A DNA stretch of 64,000 nt from an uncultured Eubacterium sp. (GCA_900545725.1 URAI01000004.1:3726-67725); one strand, 5' to 3'; shown: positions 41,601 to 51,648, numbered from the stretch's first letter. The notes: generated by a model not told the origin, from the letters alone. Program-made: numbers and translations.

Positions 41601-41857
41601 ATGGATTTTTCGATCTTGTATTTATGGATATAAGGATGCCTGTTATGGACGGTTTAAGTGCTGCAAAGAATATAAGAGCAATGAAAAGAGATGATTCAAT
41701 GCGTATTCCTATCATTGCAATGACGGCTAATGCATATGATGAAGATATAACAAAATCTGAGCAGGCAGGAATGAATTATCACCTTGCAAAACCGATTGAT
41801 TCACAACTGATGTGTCAGAAGATGATTGAATATATAAGAATATACAGAAATATATAG
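38642..41857 (+). CDS. Hybrid sensor histidine kinase (extracellular substrate-binding-like domain, PAS, HisKA, HATPase, REC)
   Basis: FLARMSHDLRTPLNAI, NLLNNAVKFT, GTGLGLSI, CEDN...MDIRMPVMDG; GAGG RBS favours ATG 38642. Confidence 0.92.
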   Translation: MKKRLYIFLTGIILFITAVCTNISQIKAEVHIKDKRVLFLSSYSYDWESIPEQLQGIKKTLSDRCTMKCVFMDNKNIPYEDSKDYIYDQIETDIDLYGNYDVVIAGDDTAVDFIEEYRNVLFDNIPVVYEGINNVERAKKLSQDPLITGVVETFPVKETINLAREIFPRADKIVAITDDNASGNGSLEQFYDTKEEFEELEYSHIYTSLYTRNELIDIIKQFDNKTIVLFLLMNKDKDGNVYSNYEATKLISDNSHVPVFKTDELGIGDGFLGGVVISYEDMAADAADMALSIINGQKPERISYKTTSQYTLIDKNILKKYKIDKNVLKSDNIRYINQQDSFMKVHKNVIIPSVAIVIILIIWIISLLYISRRRAIYMKELQEKDIMMDNIANNVPGGIAIFKIPKDIGNSIIAKEINKNSAVSDSVKNIVKGVTDNISTLIEVMYYNDGIPRLTERDRDEFGDYIKKNTLRATVYKEDIPRVENELAHKVAVGAPINITYRVLRKSGRFLWVRLSAVKLREEDNCNVYSAVYTRLSEEEEVFRSVSEDASIGVYMCEKNTYNLIYANKEVRNNIACSQNYKDTKCYEYIMHRDSPCKNCIQKYMKEGKAEYSEFRDTRTGRIYFVKEKLIKCNDRDVMIKYLSDETDRYRAIKEAEQLRVAKASNEAKGSFLARMSHDLRTPLNAIVGFSEENLVNESTEQEKNEYFERIHSSSKYLLSLINDILDMSKVNSGKFTLQEIPMRITDSINDINNIISPLAQKRKINYKVITTGLKHDNILADKMRFEQIFINLLNNAVKFTQPLGNVTFKISNEYVDNDRNDNKNTGIKKGKMAKKGRHIRCTFVVRDDGKGMSKEYLPHLFEPFVQSKDQYNQTEGTGLGLSIVKGIIDEMKGKISVKSQLGFGTEFTVELILSESESISSNVKNAWNDSGNIYDNTILKDRNILLCEDNEMNRQIAGKILEKMGINITFAVNGKDGVEKFAQSEDGFFDLVFMDIRMPVMDGLSAAKNIRAMKRDDSMRIPIIAMTANAYDEDITKSEQAGMNYHLAKPIDSQLMCQKMIEYIRIYRNI

Positions 41858-41906
41858 AAAAGTATATTATAATTGCAGTTTGATATTTTAATATGTATAC
41901 AGCAAG

Positions 41907-41943
41907 ACTGGTTATAGGTTTATCCTATAACCAGTTATTTTTT
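41907..41943 (+). terminator. Terminator after the histidine kinase gene
   Basis: actggttatagg-tttat-cctataaccagt followed by a T-tract. Confidence 0.7.
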
Positions 41944-41967
41944 AAAACTATAGTTAAACTTCTGTAT

Positions 41968-42001
41968 TCCTATTGACAAAGTAGGATATGTCGTGTAATA
42001 T
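41968..42001 (+). promoter_or_regulatory. sigmaA promoter overlapped by a TCCTA-N9-TAGGA palindrome (Rrf2/CymR-like operator)
   Basis: TTGACA 41973-41978, N17, TAATAT 41996-42001; palindrome 41968-41986. Confidence 0.6.
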
Positions 42002-42055
42002 AATGGCTGTACCGGACAAAACATATATCCGGCAATAATCAAGGAGGCGAATATA

Positions 42056-42136
42056 ATGAAGATTAAAGACAGAATTTGTTTTGTAAATGACAGATGCATA
42101 AGTATTCAGGAGAGACGCCGAATGTGTTGCTGCTAA
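42056..42136 (+). CDS. Cys-rich leader peptide MKIKDRICFVNDRCISIQERRRMCCC
   Basis: Perfect AAGGAGG RBS 8 nt upstream; 5 Cys including terminal CCC; lies between the promoter and metY-cysK. Confidence 0.75.
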   Translation: MKIKDRICFVNDRCISIQERRRMCCC

Positions 42137-42302
42137 TAATATGCAGTTAATGGATGTGGATTGTAAATATAAAAAATATTATATTAGTAAATGTGATTTT
42201 ATTAATTTATAAAATTAATTTTTATGGAATTAATTTTTATATGATAAAATTTTAGGATGAATATTTATAAGATAAATTTCAAATAAAAAGGAGATAATAA
42301 TT

Positions 42303-43613
42303 ATGAGTAAGAAGAATATCAAGGATAGAAATTTAAAATTTGAAACATTACAGTTACATGTAGGACAGGAAACAGCAGATCCTGTTACAGATGCAAGAGC
42401 AGTTCCGATTTACCAGTCATCATCATTTGTATTCCATAATTCACAGCATGCTGCTGACAGATTTGCACTTAAGGATGCAGGTAATATCTATGGAAGACTT
42501 ACTAATCCTACAGAGGATGTATTTGAAAGAAGAATTGCAGCCTTAGAGGGCGGTGTTGCAGCACTTGCAGTTGCATCTGGTGCAGCCGCAGTATCTTATA
42601 CAATACAGAATCTTGCATTAAGCGGAGACCATATCGTAGCAGCTAAGAATATCTATGGTGGAACATATAATTTACTTGCACATACACTTGTAGATTATGG
42701 TGTAACTACAACATTTGTTGACCCACTTAATCCTGATAATTTTGAAAAGGCTATACAAGATAATACTAAGGCACTCTATATAGAAACACTTGGTAATCCT
42801 AATTCAGAAGTTGTTGATATTGAAGCAATTGCTAAGATTGCACATGCACATAATATTCCACTTGTAATTGATAATACATTTGGTACACCATACCTTATAA
42901 GACCAATTGAACATGGAGCAGATATCGTAGTACATTCTGCAACAAAGTTTATAGGTGGACATGGTACAACAATTGGTGGTGTAATTGTTGATGGTGGTAA
43001 TTTTGACTGGAAGGCTTCAGGAAAGTTCCCACAGCTTACAGAGCCAAATCCAAGCTATCATGGAATCAGCTTTGCAGATGCAGCAGGTCCTGCAGCATTT
43101 GTTACAAGAATACGGGCTATTCTTTTAAGAGATACAGGTGCTACATTAAGCCCAATCCATTCATTTATTTTCTTACAGGGACTTGAAACTCTTTCACTTC
43201 GAGTTGAAAGACATGTTGAGAATGCATTAAAGGTAGTAGATTATCTTTCAAAGCAGCCATTAGTTGAAAAGGTTAATCATCCATCACTTTCAACTGATCC
43301 GGAACAGAAGAGATTATATAATGAATACTTCCCTAACGGTGGTGGTTCAATATTTACATTTGAAATCAAGGGTGATGCAAAGACAGCACAGAAGTTTATT
43401 GATAATCTTGAATTATTCTCACTTCTTGCAAATGTAGCAGATGTTAAGTCACTTGTAATACATCCTGCATCAACTACTCATGCAGAATTAAATGAAGCAG
43501 AGCTTGCAGATCAGGGAATCAAGCCTAATACAATAAGACTTTCAATTGGTACAGAAAATATTGATGATATTATTGAAGACTTAGATGAAGCATTTAAGGC
43601 AATTGCAGAATAA
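42303..43613 (+). CDS. metY: O-acetylhomoserine aminocarboxypropyltransferase (sulfhydrylase)
   Basis: [29 protein letters not shown] (PLP Lys), [19 protein letters not shown]. Confidence 0.92.
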   Translation: MSKKNIKDRNLKFETLQLHVGQETADPVTDARAVPIYQSSSFVFHNSQHAADRFALKDAGNIYGRLTNPTEDVFERRIAALEGGVAALAVASGAAAVSYTIQNLALSGDHIVAAKNIYGGTYNLLAHTLVDYGVTTTFVDPLNPDNFEKAIQDNTKALYIETLGNPNSEVVDIEAIAKIAHAHNIPLVIDNTFGTPYLIRPIEHGADIVVHSATKFIGGHGTTIGGVIVDGGNFDWKASGKFPQLTEPNPSYHGISFADAAGPAAFVTRIRAILLRDTGATLSPIHSFIFLQGLETLSLRVERHVENALKVVDYLSKQPLVEKVNHPSLSTDPEQKRLYNEYFPNGGGSIFTFEIKGDAKTAQKFIDNLELFSLLANVADVKSLVIHPASTTHAELNEAELADQGIKPNTIRLSIGTENIDDIIEDLDEAFKAIAE

Positions 43614-43652
43614 AACATATCTGTATAAATGATGGAAAGGCAGGGCGTAAGT

Positions 43653-44585
43653 ATGTCAAAGATATATGGTTCAGTAGCAGAATTAATTGGTAATACTCCG
43701 TTAGTAGAATTAAAGCATATAGAGAAAAAATATAAACTTGAAGCGACAATTTTAGCAAAGCTTGAATATCTTAATCCGGCAGGAAGTGTTAAGGACAGAA
43801 TTGCTAAAGAGATGATAGAAGATGCCGAAAGCAAGGGATTATTAAAGGAAGGCTCAACAATAATTGAACCAACATCAGGTAATACAGGTATTGGTCTTGC
43901 AGCTATTGCAGCAGCTAAGGGATACAGACTTATTATTGTTCTTCCTGAGACTATGAGTGTTGAAAGACGTAATATTATTAAGGCATATGGAGCAGAAATA
44001 GTTCTTACAGATGGTTCAAAGGGTATGCCTGGAGCTATTGCAAAGGCTGAAGAGCTTGCAAAGGAAATCCCTGACAGCTTTATTGCAGGACAGTTTGTCA
44101 ATCCGGCTAATCCGGCAGCACATAGAAAAACTACAGGACCTGAAATCTGGAATGATACAGATGGTAAGGTGGATGCATTTGTGGCCGGTGTTGGAACAGG
44201 CGGAACTGTTACAGGTGTTGGTGAATATTTAAAAGAAAAGAATCCTGATATTAATATATATGCAGTTGAACCAGAAACATCACCGGTTCTTTCAGAAGGA
44301 AAGTCAGGTGCTCATAAGATTCAGGGAATCGGAGCAGGATTTGTTCCTGACATATTAAATACTAAGATATATGATGAAGTTATAAAGGTTTCCAATGAAG
44401 ATGCATTTGCATTAGGTAAGGAGATTGCAAGAACAGAAGGTGTTCAGGTTGGTATTTCATCGGGAGCAGCTCTTTTTGCAGCGATTGAATGGGCTAAGAA
44501 GCCTGAAAATAAAGGAAAGACAATAGTAGCTCTTCTTCCTGACAGTGGAGACAGATATTATTCAACAGCTCTCTTTATGGAGTAA
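43653..44585 (+). CDS. cysK: Cysteine synthase A
   Basis: IGNTPLV, NPAGSVKDR, EPTSGNTG, GTGGT, HKIQGIG, PDSGDRY. Confidence 0.97.
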   Translation: MSKIYGSVAELIGNTPLVELKHIEKKYKLEATILAKLEYLNPAGSVKDRIAKEMIEDAESKGLLKEGSTIIEPTSGNTGIGLAAIAAAKGYRLIIVLPETMSVERRNIIKAYGAEIVLTDGSKGMPGAIAKAEELAKEIPDSFIAGQFVNPANPAAHRKTTGPEIWNDTDGKVDAFVAGVGTGGTVTGVGEYLKEKNPDINIYAVEPETSPVLSEGKSGAHKIQGIGAGFVPDILNTKIYDEVIKVSNEDAFALGKEIARTEGVQVGISSGAALFAAIEWAKKPENKGKTIVALLPDSGDRYYSTALFME

Positions 44586-44687
44586 AGATTTTATGGAGTG
44601 GAAATACTATCTGATAAGTCAAAAATTGAATTTATAAAATAAAAACAATATTATTAAAATGATAATTATATATTTGATTATATTTTA

Positions 44688-44727
44688 AGATACTTGTGTC
44701 TGTGTATACAGATACAGGTATCTTTTT
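44688..44727 (+). terminator. Terminator after cysK
   Basis: agatacttgtgtctgt/acagatacaggtatcttttt. Confidence 0.75.
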
Positions 44728-45013
44728 ATGTTTAGTTTTCTTGCACATTTTCTTACAACAGAGACAGCAGCATTATATAATTATGGTGCGGTCAACAGGC
44801 TTTTGGAACCGTGGAATACCTATACAAGAACAGAAAATAGAAATGAAAATGTAGGCTCATCAGCAGAGGCAGCATTTGATATAGTAGTATGTACGGGTTC
44901 TGGCGATAGTAAGAGTACGGATGATGATATCAGTGTTATTAAGTTTGGTGATGGCGATGATATGAATTATGATATAAGGTAATATTTACGTTTACAATTA
45001 AAGATGGTAAAAT

Positions 45014-45127
45014 GATTCCATAGATATAGGGAATCAGGTGGAGATTGCATTGATGTGTAATTGACTGGTATATTTGAATATAAAAATATACCGGTACCTG
45101 TACATATTAATGCAGTCTCCATTTTTT
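45014..45127 (+). promoter_or_regulatory. glpK leader with a long terminator hairpin (antitermination-type)
   Basis: tggagattgcattgatgtgta(45039)...tacatattaatgcagtctcca(45121) plus T6, downstream of a TAAAAT -10. Confidence 0.6.
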
Positions 45128-45146
45128 ATGCAGAATGGAGAATATA

Positions 45147-46646
45147 ATGAGTAAATATATAATGGCATTAGATCAGGGAACGACAAGTTCAAGATGTATT
45201 TTATTTGATAAACAGGGGGATATATGCAGTATTTCACAAAAAGAGTATGACCAGATATATCCAAGACCAGGATGGGTCGAACACAATCCAATGCAGATAT
45301 GGTCATCACAGTTTTCAGTTGCAGTCGAAGCAATGGCAATGATTGATGCTGCAGCGGCTGATATATCAGCAATAGGAATAACAAATCAGAGGGAAACAAC
45401 AATAATATGGGATAAATCTACAGGAAAACCAGTATATAATGCAATTGTATGGCAGTGCAGAAGAACGGCGGAAATAGTTGAACAGATAAAAAAAGATGGT
45501 TACGAAGAACTTATAACCGAAAAGACAGGGCTTATCCCAGATGCGTATTTTAGTGCAACCAAGATAAAATGGATTCTTGATAATGTTGAAGGTGTAAGGA
45601 AACGTGCCGAAAGAGGAGAATTATTATTTGGAACTGTTGATACATGGCTAATATGGAATCTTACAAAGGGAAAGGTTCATGTAACAGATTATACCAATGC
45701 TTCAAGAACCATGCTTTTTAATATTAATACATTTGAATGGGATGATGAGCTTTTAAAATATTTTGATATCCCACGTTCACTTCTTCCTGATGTAAAGCCA
45801 TCAAGCTGTATATATGGACTTACTGAGGTTTCACTTTTTGGTGAAGAGATACCTATTGCAGGGGCAGCCGGAGATCAGCAGTGTGCACTTTTTGGACAGG
45901 GCTGCTTTAACAGTGGTGACGTAAAGAATACATATGGAACAGGCTGTTTTCTGCTTATGAATACAGGAGATAAGATGATACACTCGTCAAATGGACTTAT
46001 TACAACTATTGGTGCCGGAAGTACCGATGACAGACATGAATATGTACTTGAAGGAAGTGTATTTGTAGGCGGAGCCGTAATACAGTGGATAAGAGATGAA
46101 CTTCGTATGATAAGGGATTCAAAACAGTCAGAGGATTATGCAAAGAGAGTTAATGATACAGAAGGAATGTATATAGTTCCGGCATTTTCAGGGTTAGGAG
46201 CGCCTTACTGGAATCCTTATGCAAGAGGAATGATGGTTGGAATTACAAGAGGAACAAGTAAGGAACATTTTATAAGGGCATGTCTTGAAGCAATTAGTTA
46301 CCAGTCATACGATGTGATTAAGGCAATGCAGGAGGATGCAGGGATTAAGCTTACAACTCTTAAAGTCGATGGTGGTGCAAGTGCAAATGATTTTCTTATG
46401 CAGTTTCAGGCAGATATTACAGGAGAATCAGTCATAAGACCGGAGTGTATTGAAACAACAGCACTCGGTGCAGCCTATCTTGCAGGACTTGCAGCCGGAT
46501 ACTGGAAAGATAAAGAAGAAATCAGTGCAAACTGGAAGCTTGGTAAAAAATTCATTCCTGTGATGGATGAGGAAAAGAGAATAAAAAGGCTTAAAGGCTG
46601 GAAACGGGCAGTAAAATGTGCATTGATGTGGAGTGAGAGTGATTAA
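45147..46646 (+). CDS. glpK: Glycerol kinase
   Basis: [47 protein letters not shown]. Confidence 0.97.
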   Translation: MSKYIMALDQGTTSSRCILFDKQGDICSISQKEYDQIYPRPGWVEHNPMQIWSSQFSVAVEAMAMIDAAAADISAIGITNQRETTIIWDKSTGKPVYNAIVWQCRRTAEIVEQIKKDGYEELITEKTGLIPDAYFSATKIKWILDNVEGVRKRAERGELLFGTVDTWLIWNLTKGKVHVTDYTNASRTMLFNINTFEWDDELLKYFDIPRSLLPDVKPSSCIYGLTEVSLFGEEIPIAGAAGDQQCALFGQGCFNSGDVKNTYGTGCFLLMNTGDKMIHSSNGLITTIGAGSTDDRHEYVLEGSVFVGGAVIQWIRDELRMIRDSKQSEDYAKRVNDTEGMYIVPAFSGLGAPYWNPYARGMMVGITRGTSKEHFIRACLEAISYQSYDVIKAMQEDAGIKLTTLKVDGGASANDFLMQFQADITGESVIRPECIETTALGAAYLAGLAAGYWKDKEEISANWKLGKKFIPVMDEEKRIKRLKGWKRAVKCALMWSESD

Positions 46647-46650
46647 ATTA

Positions 46651-46691
46651 TTGATGGCAGAAGAAAAATTGCCTGCGGAATGGAGATTAGT
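46651..46691 (+). repeat. Dispersed modular element copy between glpK and sbcD
   Basis: ttgatggcagaagaaaaatt fused to gcctgcggaatggagattagt. Confidence 0.8.
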
Positions 46692-47990
46692 ATGAGATTT
46701 ATACACTTGTCAGACCTTCATATAGGTAAGAGGGTTAATGATTTTCCTATGTATGAGGATCAGGAATATGTATTAAAACAGGTAATTGATGTGATTAAAA
46801 ATAATAATATTGATGGAGTAATTATTGCCGGTGATATTTATGATAAAGCAGTAGCTCCGGCGGAAGCCGTGGCACTTTATGACAGATTTATTACATCACT
46901 TTCACATTTGGACATACCTGTATTTATAATAAGTGGTAACCATGATAATGCACAGCGGCTTTCTTTTGCATCTGATATTTTGAAAAAATCGGACATTTAT
47001 ATAGCATCAGTATTTGAGGGAAAGTTAGAAAAGGTGACAATGCATGATAAGTATGGAGAGATTAATATATATATGCTGCCATTTATAAGACCTGCAACTG
47101 TAAAAAGATATATGGTAGAAGATGTAAGTAAAGTAAATAATGAAAAAACTGATAAAGCCATAACTGATAACATAATGAATTATGACGAAAAAAAAATATC
47201 AGAAGATGAAAATGACATAGCAGACAATATAATTAATAAACAAAAAGCTGATACAGCGCAGGAAGATAAGACAATATTTACATATACAGATGCAGTTAAG
47301 TGGGTTATTGATAATACAGATATTGACAGGAGTAAGAGAAATATTATAATTGCACACCAGTTTGTAACAGGAGCTGTCACATGCGATTCGGAGGAACTGT
47401 CTGTAGGAGGTCTTGATAATGTTGAGGCATCAGTATTTGATGCATTTGATTATGTTGCATTAGGTCATATTCATGGCCCACAGACGGTATCAAGGGATAC
47501 CATAAGATATTGTGGCTCTCTTCTTAAATATTCTTTTTCGGAAATAAATCATAATAAAAGCATTACAATCGCAGATATAAAAGGAAAACACCAGGATGGC
47601 GGCTGTGATATAGAAATATCCACTTTTCCTGCCAGGCCTCTTCATAATATGAGACATATAAAGGGAAGTTATAGTGAAATAACTGACAGAAGCAGTTATA
47701 TTAATACGTGTCTTACGGATTATATGTATATAACCCTGACTGATGAAGAGGATATTTTTGATGCAATAGGAAAACTTCGTTCAATTTATCCTAATATAAT
47801 GAAACTTGATTATGATAATACAAGAACCAGAAACCAGTCCTATGTATTATGTGATAATAATGCTATATATAAGTCTCCGGTTGAGATTACGGATGATTTT
47901 TATGAAATACAAAACGGACAGGCAATGTCTGAGGAACAAAGAGGTTATTTATCAGATATTGCAAGACAGATATGGGAAGAAAATTTATAG
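46692..47990 (+). CDS. sbcD: Exonuclease SbcCD subunit D
   Basis: HLSDLHIG, AGDIYD, SGNHD, AHQFV, ALGHIH, YCGSLLKYSFSE. Confidence 0.95.
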   Translation: MRFIHLSDLHIGKRVNDFPMYEDQEYVLKQVIDVIKNNNIDGVIIAGDIYDKAVAPAEAVALYDRFITSLSHLDIPVFIISGNHDNAQRLSFASDILKKSDIYIASVFEGKLEKVTMHDKYGEINIYMLPFIRPATVKRYMVEDVSKVNNEKTDKAITDNIMNYDEKKISEDENDIADNIINKQKADTAQEDKTIFTYTDAVKWVIDNTDIDRSKRNIIIAHQFVTGAVTCDSEELSVGGLDNVEASVFDAFDYVALGHIHGPQTVSRDTIRYCGSLLKYSFSEINHNKSITIADIKGKHQDGGCDIEISTFPARPLHNMRHIKGSYSEITDRSSYINTCLTDYMYITLTDEEDIFDAIGKLRSIYPNIMKLDYDNTRTRNQSYVLCDNNAIYKSPVEITDDFYEIQNGQAMSEEQRGYLSDIARQIWEENL

Positions 47991-48014
47991 AATTTCCCAG
48001 AAAGGAAAATGCTT

Positions 48015-50825
48015 ATGAGACCTATAGAATTAAAAATGTCCGCCTTTGGCCCATTTGCAGGGCTTACAACACTTAGGCTTGATGCACTTGGTACAGATGG
48101 ATTGTATCTTATAACGGGCGATACGGGTGCCGGAAAGACAACAATATTTGATGCGATAATATATGCTCTTTATGGTGAAGCAAGCGGAAATATAAGAACA
48201 ACTGATATGCTACGCAGTAAATATGCCAATGCAGATACAGCTACTTTTGTAGAGCTTACATTTGTATTTAAGGATAAGACATATATTGTAAGAAGAAATC
48301 CGGAATATTTACGACCAAGTAAGAGGGGCGAGGGAAGATTTACAAAAGAATCAGCTAAGGCACAGCTTACAATGCCAGATAAAGAAGTGATAACAGGACT
48401 TGTATCTGTAAATAATAAAATTATTGAAATAATCGGACTTAATAAAAATCAGTTTTCACAGATAGCAATGCTTCCACAAGGGGAATTTATGCGTCTGCTG
48501 CTTGCAGATACTAAGCAGCGTATAGAAATATTCAGGGAAATATTTGATACAGAACCATATCTGTTATTGCAGGACAGGATAAAAAGAGATGCAAATGAAT
48601 TATACAGGCTTGTATCAGATTATAAAAAGAGCATGGCACAGTACGTGGCTGACGTATATTGTGATGAAAATAGTGAATATAATCAGGCATTAATCAATAT
48701 AAAAAATGACAGTCAGATGAGCATAAAAGAGATTCTTGATATAATAGATAAAATTATAGCACAGGATAAGTCATGTGCCGATGAATATGACAAAGCAATA
48801 ATTTCAATAGATAAGGGAATTGATCAACTAAATTCAAAACTTACTATAGCAATCCAGACAGAAAGAATTAAAGATGATTACAAGTCTGCATTTACACAAT
48901 TAAATAATCTTACAGAGGAGTATGAAAATGTATACAGTATATATAAAGCCGAATGTGAGAAGGATAGTGAGAGAAATGAATTATCACTTAATATAGAAAA
49001 GAGCAGTGAAAAGCTTGAATCATATGAACTACTTGAAAAGTATAAAAAGGATTATGGAAAAAAGCTGGATAAAATTAACAATATAACGCAAGATATACAT
49101 GAAGATACAAAGAGTCTTAATGAATGTATAAAGCAGATTGATAATTGCAAAAAAGAAGCAGAGATACTAAAAAATACTGAGCTTGAGATAGAAAAGCTTA
49201 ATTCTAAAATATCTGATATTATTAAGAAAAAAGAAGGTGTTGAATATCTTAAAGATGTATTTGAAAGAAAGATAAAGGCTGTGTCGCAGGCAGATGAAGC
49301 AAAAGATAGATATATGAGTGCATTTGCAGCCTATGAAGAAGCCAATAACAGATATCTTAAAATGGAAAAAGCTTTTTTTAATGAGCAGGCAGGAATAATG
49401 GCGGCAGCATTAGAAGAGGGGCAGCCGTGTCCTGTATGTGGTTCAGTCACTCATCCTGTGCCTGCAGTTGCAGGAGATGATGCACCAACCGAGATGCAAT
49501 TAAAAAAATACAAAATATATGTTGAAGATAAATCGAAAGAATGTTCTGAACTGAGTTCACAATCCGGTCTCTTAAGTGGACAGGCAGAAAGTATGAATAA
49601 CATGTTTTTTGGTAGTATCGTTAATTTTAATACACAATGGAAAGAAGCATTGGATAATTCCAGTGATGATGAAACGATAAGAGTGTACATAATACAATTA
49701 CTTGCAGACTTAGGTAAAATTTTAGATGAAGCTATGCTTGAAAAGAAAAATGCTGATGAGAATATATCAAAATATAATAACCTTATAAAAATGCTTAGTG
49801 ATTATGATAAAAAGGTAGAACAGTTTAAAGATAAGATTAATAAAAGTAAGAACGAACTTGCAATATTAAGTACACAGAATGAAAATATGCAAAAGCAGAT
49901 ATCACAGTTAGAAAAAGAGCTTGGAAATAAAGATATAATGCAGGCCAAAAAGCTGATAAATGATATGAAATTAAAAAAAGTACAATTGGATAAGGCATAT
50001 GAAGCTGCAAAAAAACAGTATGATGAATATACAATCAATATTAAAACACTAAAAAACAGAATCAGCGATTTACAGAAACAGATAAGTCATACGGATAAAC
50101 AAAAAACACCGGATATTGATATTCCAATGTATGAAAAACAGCTTGAGGATATGAAAAAAGAAAGACTTAAGCTGCGTGAAAAAAAGAATATAGTGGATAT
50201 AAGAATAGCTAATAATGAGAAAGTATATAAATCAATAGAAAGAGTTAATGAAAAATCAGAGAAAAGCGAGAAGCATTATAGCTGGTTAAGAACACTTTCA
50301 GATACAGTAAATGGAAGTCTTTCAGGCAAATCACGTATTAAGCTTGAAACGTATGTTCAGATGTCTTTTTTTGACAGAATTATAATGCGTGCAAATACAA
50401 GATTTATGAGGCTGACAGATGGTCAGTATGAATTAAAGAGAAGTGATAGTAAGGATAACTATAAGAATCAGACAGGACTTGAGCTTGATATAATCGACCA
50501 CTATAATGGAACAATACGAAGTGTGAAATCACTATCAGGAGGTGAAGCTTTTGAAGCTTCATTATCTATGGCACTTGGCATGTCAGATGAGATACAGTCA
50601 AGGTCAGGAGGAATCCAGATAGATACTATGTTTATAGATGAAGGCTTTGGTTCATTAGATGATGAGTCGTTGTCACAGGCAGTAAAGGTGCTTAACAGCC
50701 TGTCATCTTCTGACCGTCTTATTGGAATAATATCACATGTAAGCGTTTTAAAGGACAGAATTGATAAACAGATTGTGGTTAGTAAAGGTAAGACAGGCGG
50801 AAGCAGTGCGGTGATATCAGTGTGA
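48015..50825 (+). CDS. sbcC: Exonuclease SbcCD subunit C (SMC-like ATPase)
   Basis: GDTGAGKT, LPQGEF, zinc hook CPVCG, LSGGE, FIDEGFGSLD, ISHV. Confidence 0.95.
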   Translation: MRPIELKMSAFGPFAGLTTLRLDALGTDGLYLITGDTGAGKTTIFDAIIYALYGEASGNIRTTDMLRSKYANADTATFVELTFVFKDKTYIVRRNPEYLRPSKRGEGRFTKESAKAQLTMPDKEVITGLVSVNNKIIEIIGLNKNQFSQIAMLPQGEFMRLLLADTKQRIEIFREIFDTEPYLLLQDRIKRDANELYRLVSDYKKSMAQYVADVYCDENSEYNQALINIKNDSQMSIKEILDIIDKIIAQDKSCADEYDKAIISIDKGIDQLNSKLTIAIQTERIKDDYKSAFTQLNNLTEEYENVYSIYKAECEKDSERNELSLNIEKSSEKLESYELLEKYKKDYGKKLDKINNITQDIHEDTKSLNECIKQIDNCKKEAEILKNTELEIEKLNSKISDIIKKKEGVEYLKDVFERKIKAVSQADEAKDRYMSAFAAYEEANNRYLKMEKAFFNEQAGIMAAALEEGQPCPVCGSVTHPVPAVAGDDAPTEMQLKKYKIYVEDKSKECSELSSQSGLLSGQAESMNNMFFGSIVNFNTQWKEALDNSSDDETIRVYIIQLLADLGKILDEAMLEKKNADENISKYNNLIKMLSDYDKKVEQFKDKINKSKNELAILSTQNENMQKQISQLEKELGNKDIMQAKKLINDMKLKKVQLDKAYEAAKKQYDEYTINIKTLKNRISDLQKQISHTDKQKTPDIDIPMYEKQLEDMKKERLKLREKKNIVDIRIANNEKVYKSIERVNEKSEKSEKHYSWLRTLSDTVNGSLSGKSRIKLETYVQMSFFDRIIMRANTRFMRLTDGQYELKRSDSKDNYKNQTGLELDIIDHYNGTIRSVKSLSGGEAFEASLSMALGMSDEIQSRSGGIQIDTMFIDEGFGSLDDESLSQAVKVLNSLSSSDRLIGIISHVSVLKDRIDKQIVVSKGKTGGSSAVISV

Positions 50826-50968
50826 AAAATCACACTCATGTGACGATTATTTGCACGGCTGTTTGTACCGCAGGTGTCACAAATAGCTTTTGATGGCAGA
50901 AGAAAAACAGTCTGTGCGAAAGTTTCTTTGATTCTTCGTAAAAAAGCTGCCCAGAAATGAGAATTAGT
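50818..50968 (+). repeat. Dispersed modular element, longest copy, starting at the sbcC stop
   Basis: agtgtgaaaaatcacactcatgtgacgattatttgcac, ttgtaccgcaggtgtcacaaatagc, gatggcagaagaaaaa...agaaatgagaattag. Confidence 0.8.
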
Positions 50969-51063
50969 TTAAATATATTTGATTTTATGAAAATTTTATC
51001 ATATTTTGGTTGATATTATTGTATAAAAATAGTAGAATTAGAAAAAAATGAACGGAGGTCAGT

Positions 51064-51435
51064 TTGATGAAGAAATTATTTTGTAAAAATGAATGTAAAG
51101 ATAATGGTAAATGTGGGATTTTTAAGATAGTAGCTATTGCAGGAACAGTTATAGCTGTATTAGTAGGATTTGTTGTATTAATATGTAAGAAGTTCTCGTC
51201 AAAGAAGAATGAAGAAGATACAGAAGAATTTGATGATTTTGACGATTTCGATGATGATTTTGAACTTGATGTAGATGAAACAGAAGAATCAGAGGATGAT
51301 GCTTCAAGTGATAAGGAAGAAACAGAGGAAATAGAAGAATCAGAAGAAGATGATGATGATACATCAGATGATAATGTATATATCAAGGATGTAGAATATA
51401 GTGACGAAGAAACAGAAAAGCAGGATGAAGAATAA
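51064..51435 (+). CDS. Hypothetical membrane-anchored protein with a D/E-rich tail
   Basis: GGAGG RBS; one TM helix; highly acidic C-terminus. Confidence 0.75.
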   Translation: MMKKLFCKNECKDNGKCGIFKIVAIAGTVIAVLVGFVVLICKKFSSKKNEEDTEEFDDFDDFDDDFELDVDETEESEDDASSDKEETEEIEESEEDDDDTSDDNVYIKDVEYSDEETEKQDEE

Positions 51436-51499
51436 TCTATATTGTAAGGTCTGTTTATTACTTGACAAGCAGTATTATATCTGATAATATACTCAACAG

Positions 51500-51648
51500 T
51501 ATAAAAGGGAGTAGCTTGCATATTACCTATGTTATATGTTTCGTCAGTACGAAAGATTTATCAGTATAGATAATATTTTTCCGGGGCATATTTAGAAGCG
51601 AGACTTTTATTGCATTTTATTTTGATGCAATAAAAGTCTCTTTTTTTT
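51500..51648 (+). promoter_or_regulatory. yybP-ykoY (Mn2+) riboswitch with terminator
   Basis: aaagggagtagc...cgtcagtacg...ccgg...gcgagacttt core; hairpin gagacttttattgcat/atgcaataaaagtctc plus T8; promoter TTGACA-N17-TAATAT 51462-51490. Confidence 0.85.

Noticed and set aside
42002..42302. T-box or SAM riboswitch for metY-cysK
   Set aside because: No GGTGGNACC T-box and no ATCNAGAG...GAGGGA S-box core
44728..44982. 84-aa ORF between cysK and glpK
   Set aside because: ATG lies at the end of the terminator T-tract with no RBS and no motif; at best a gene remnant
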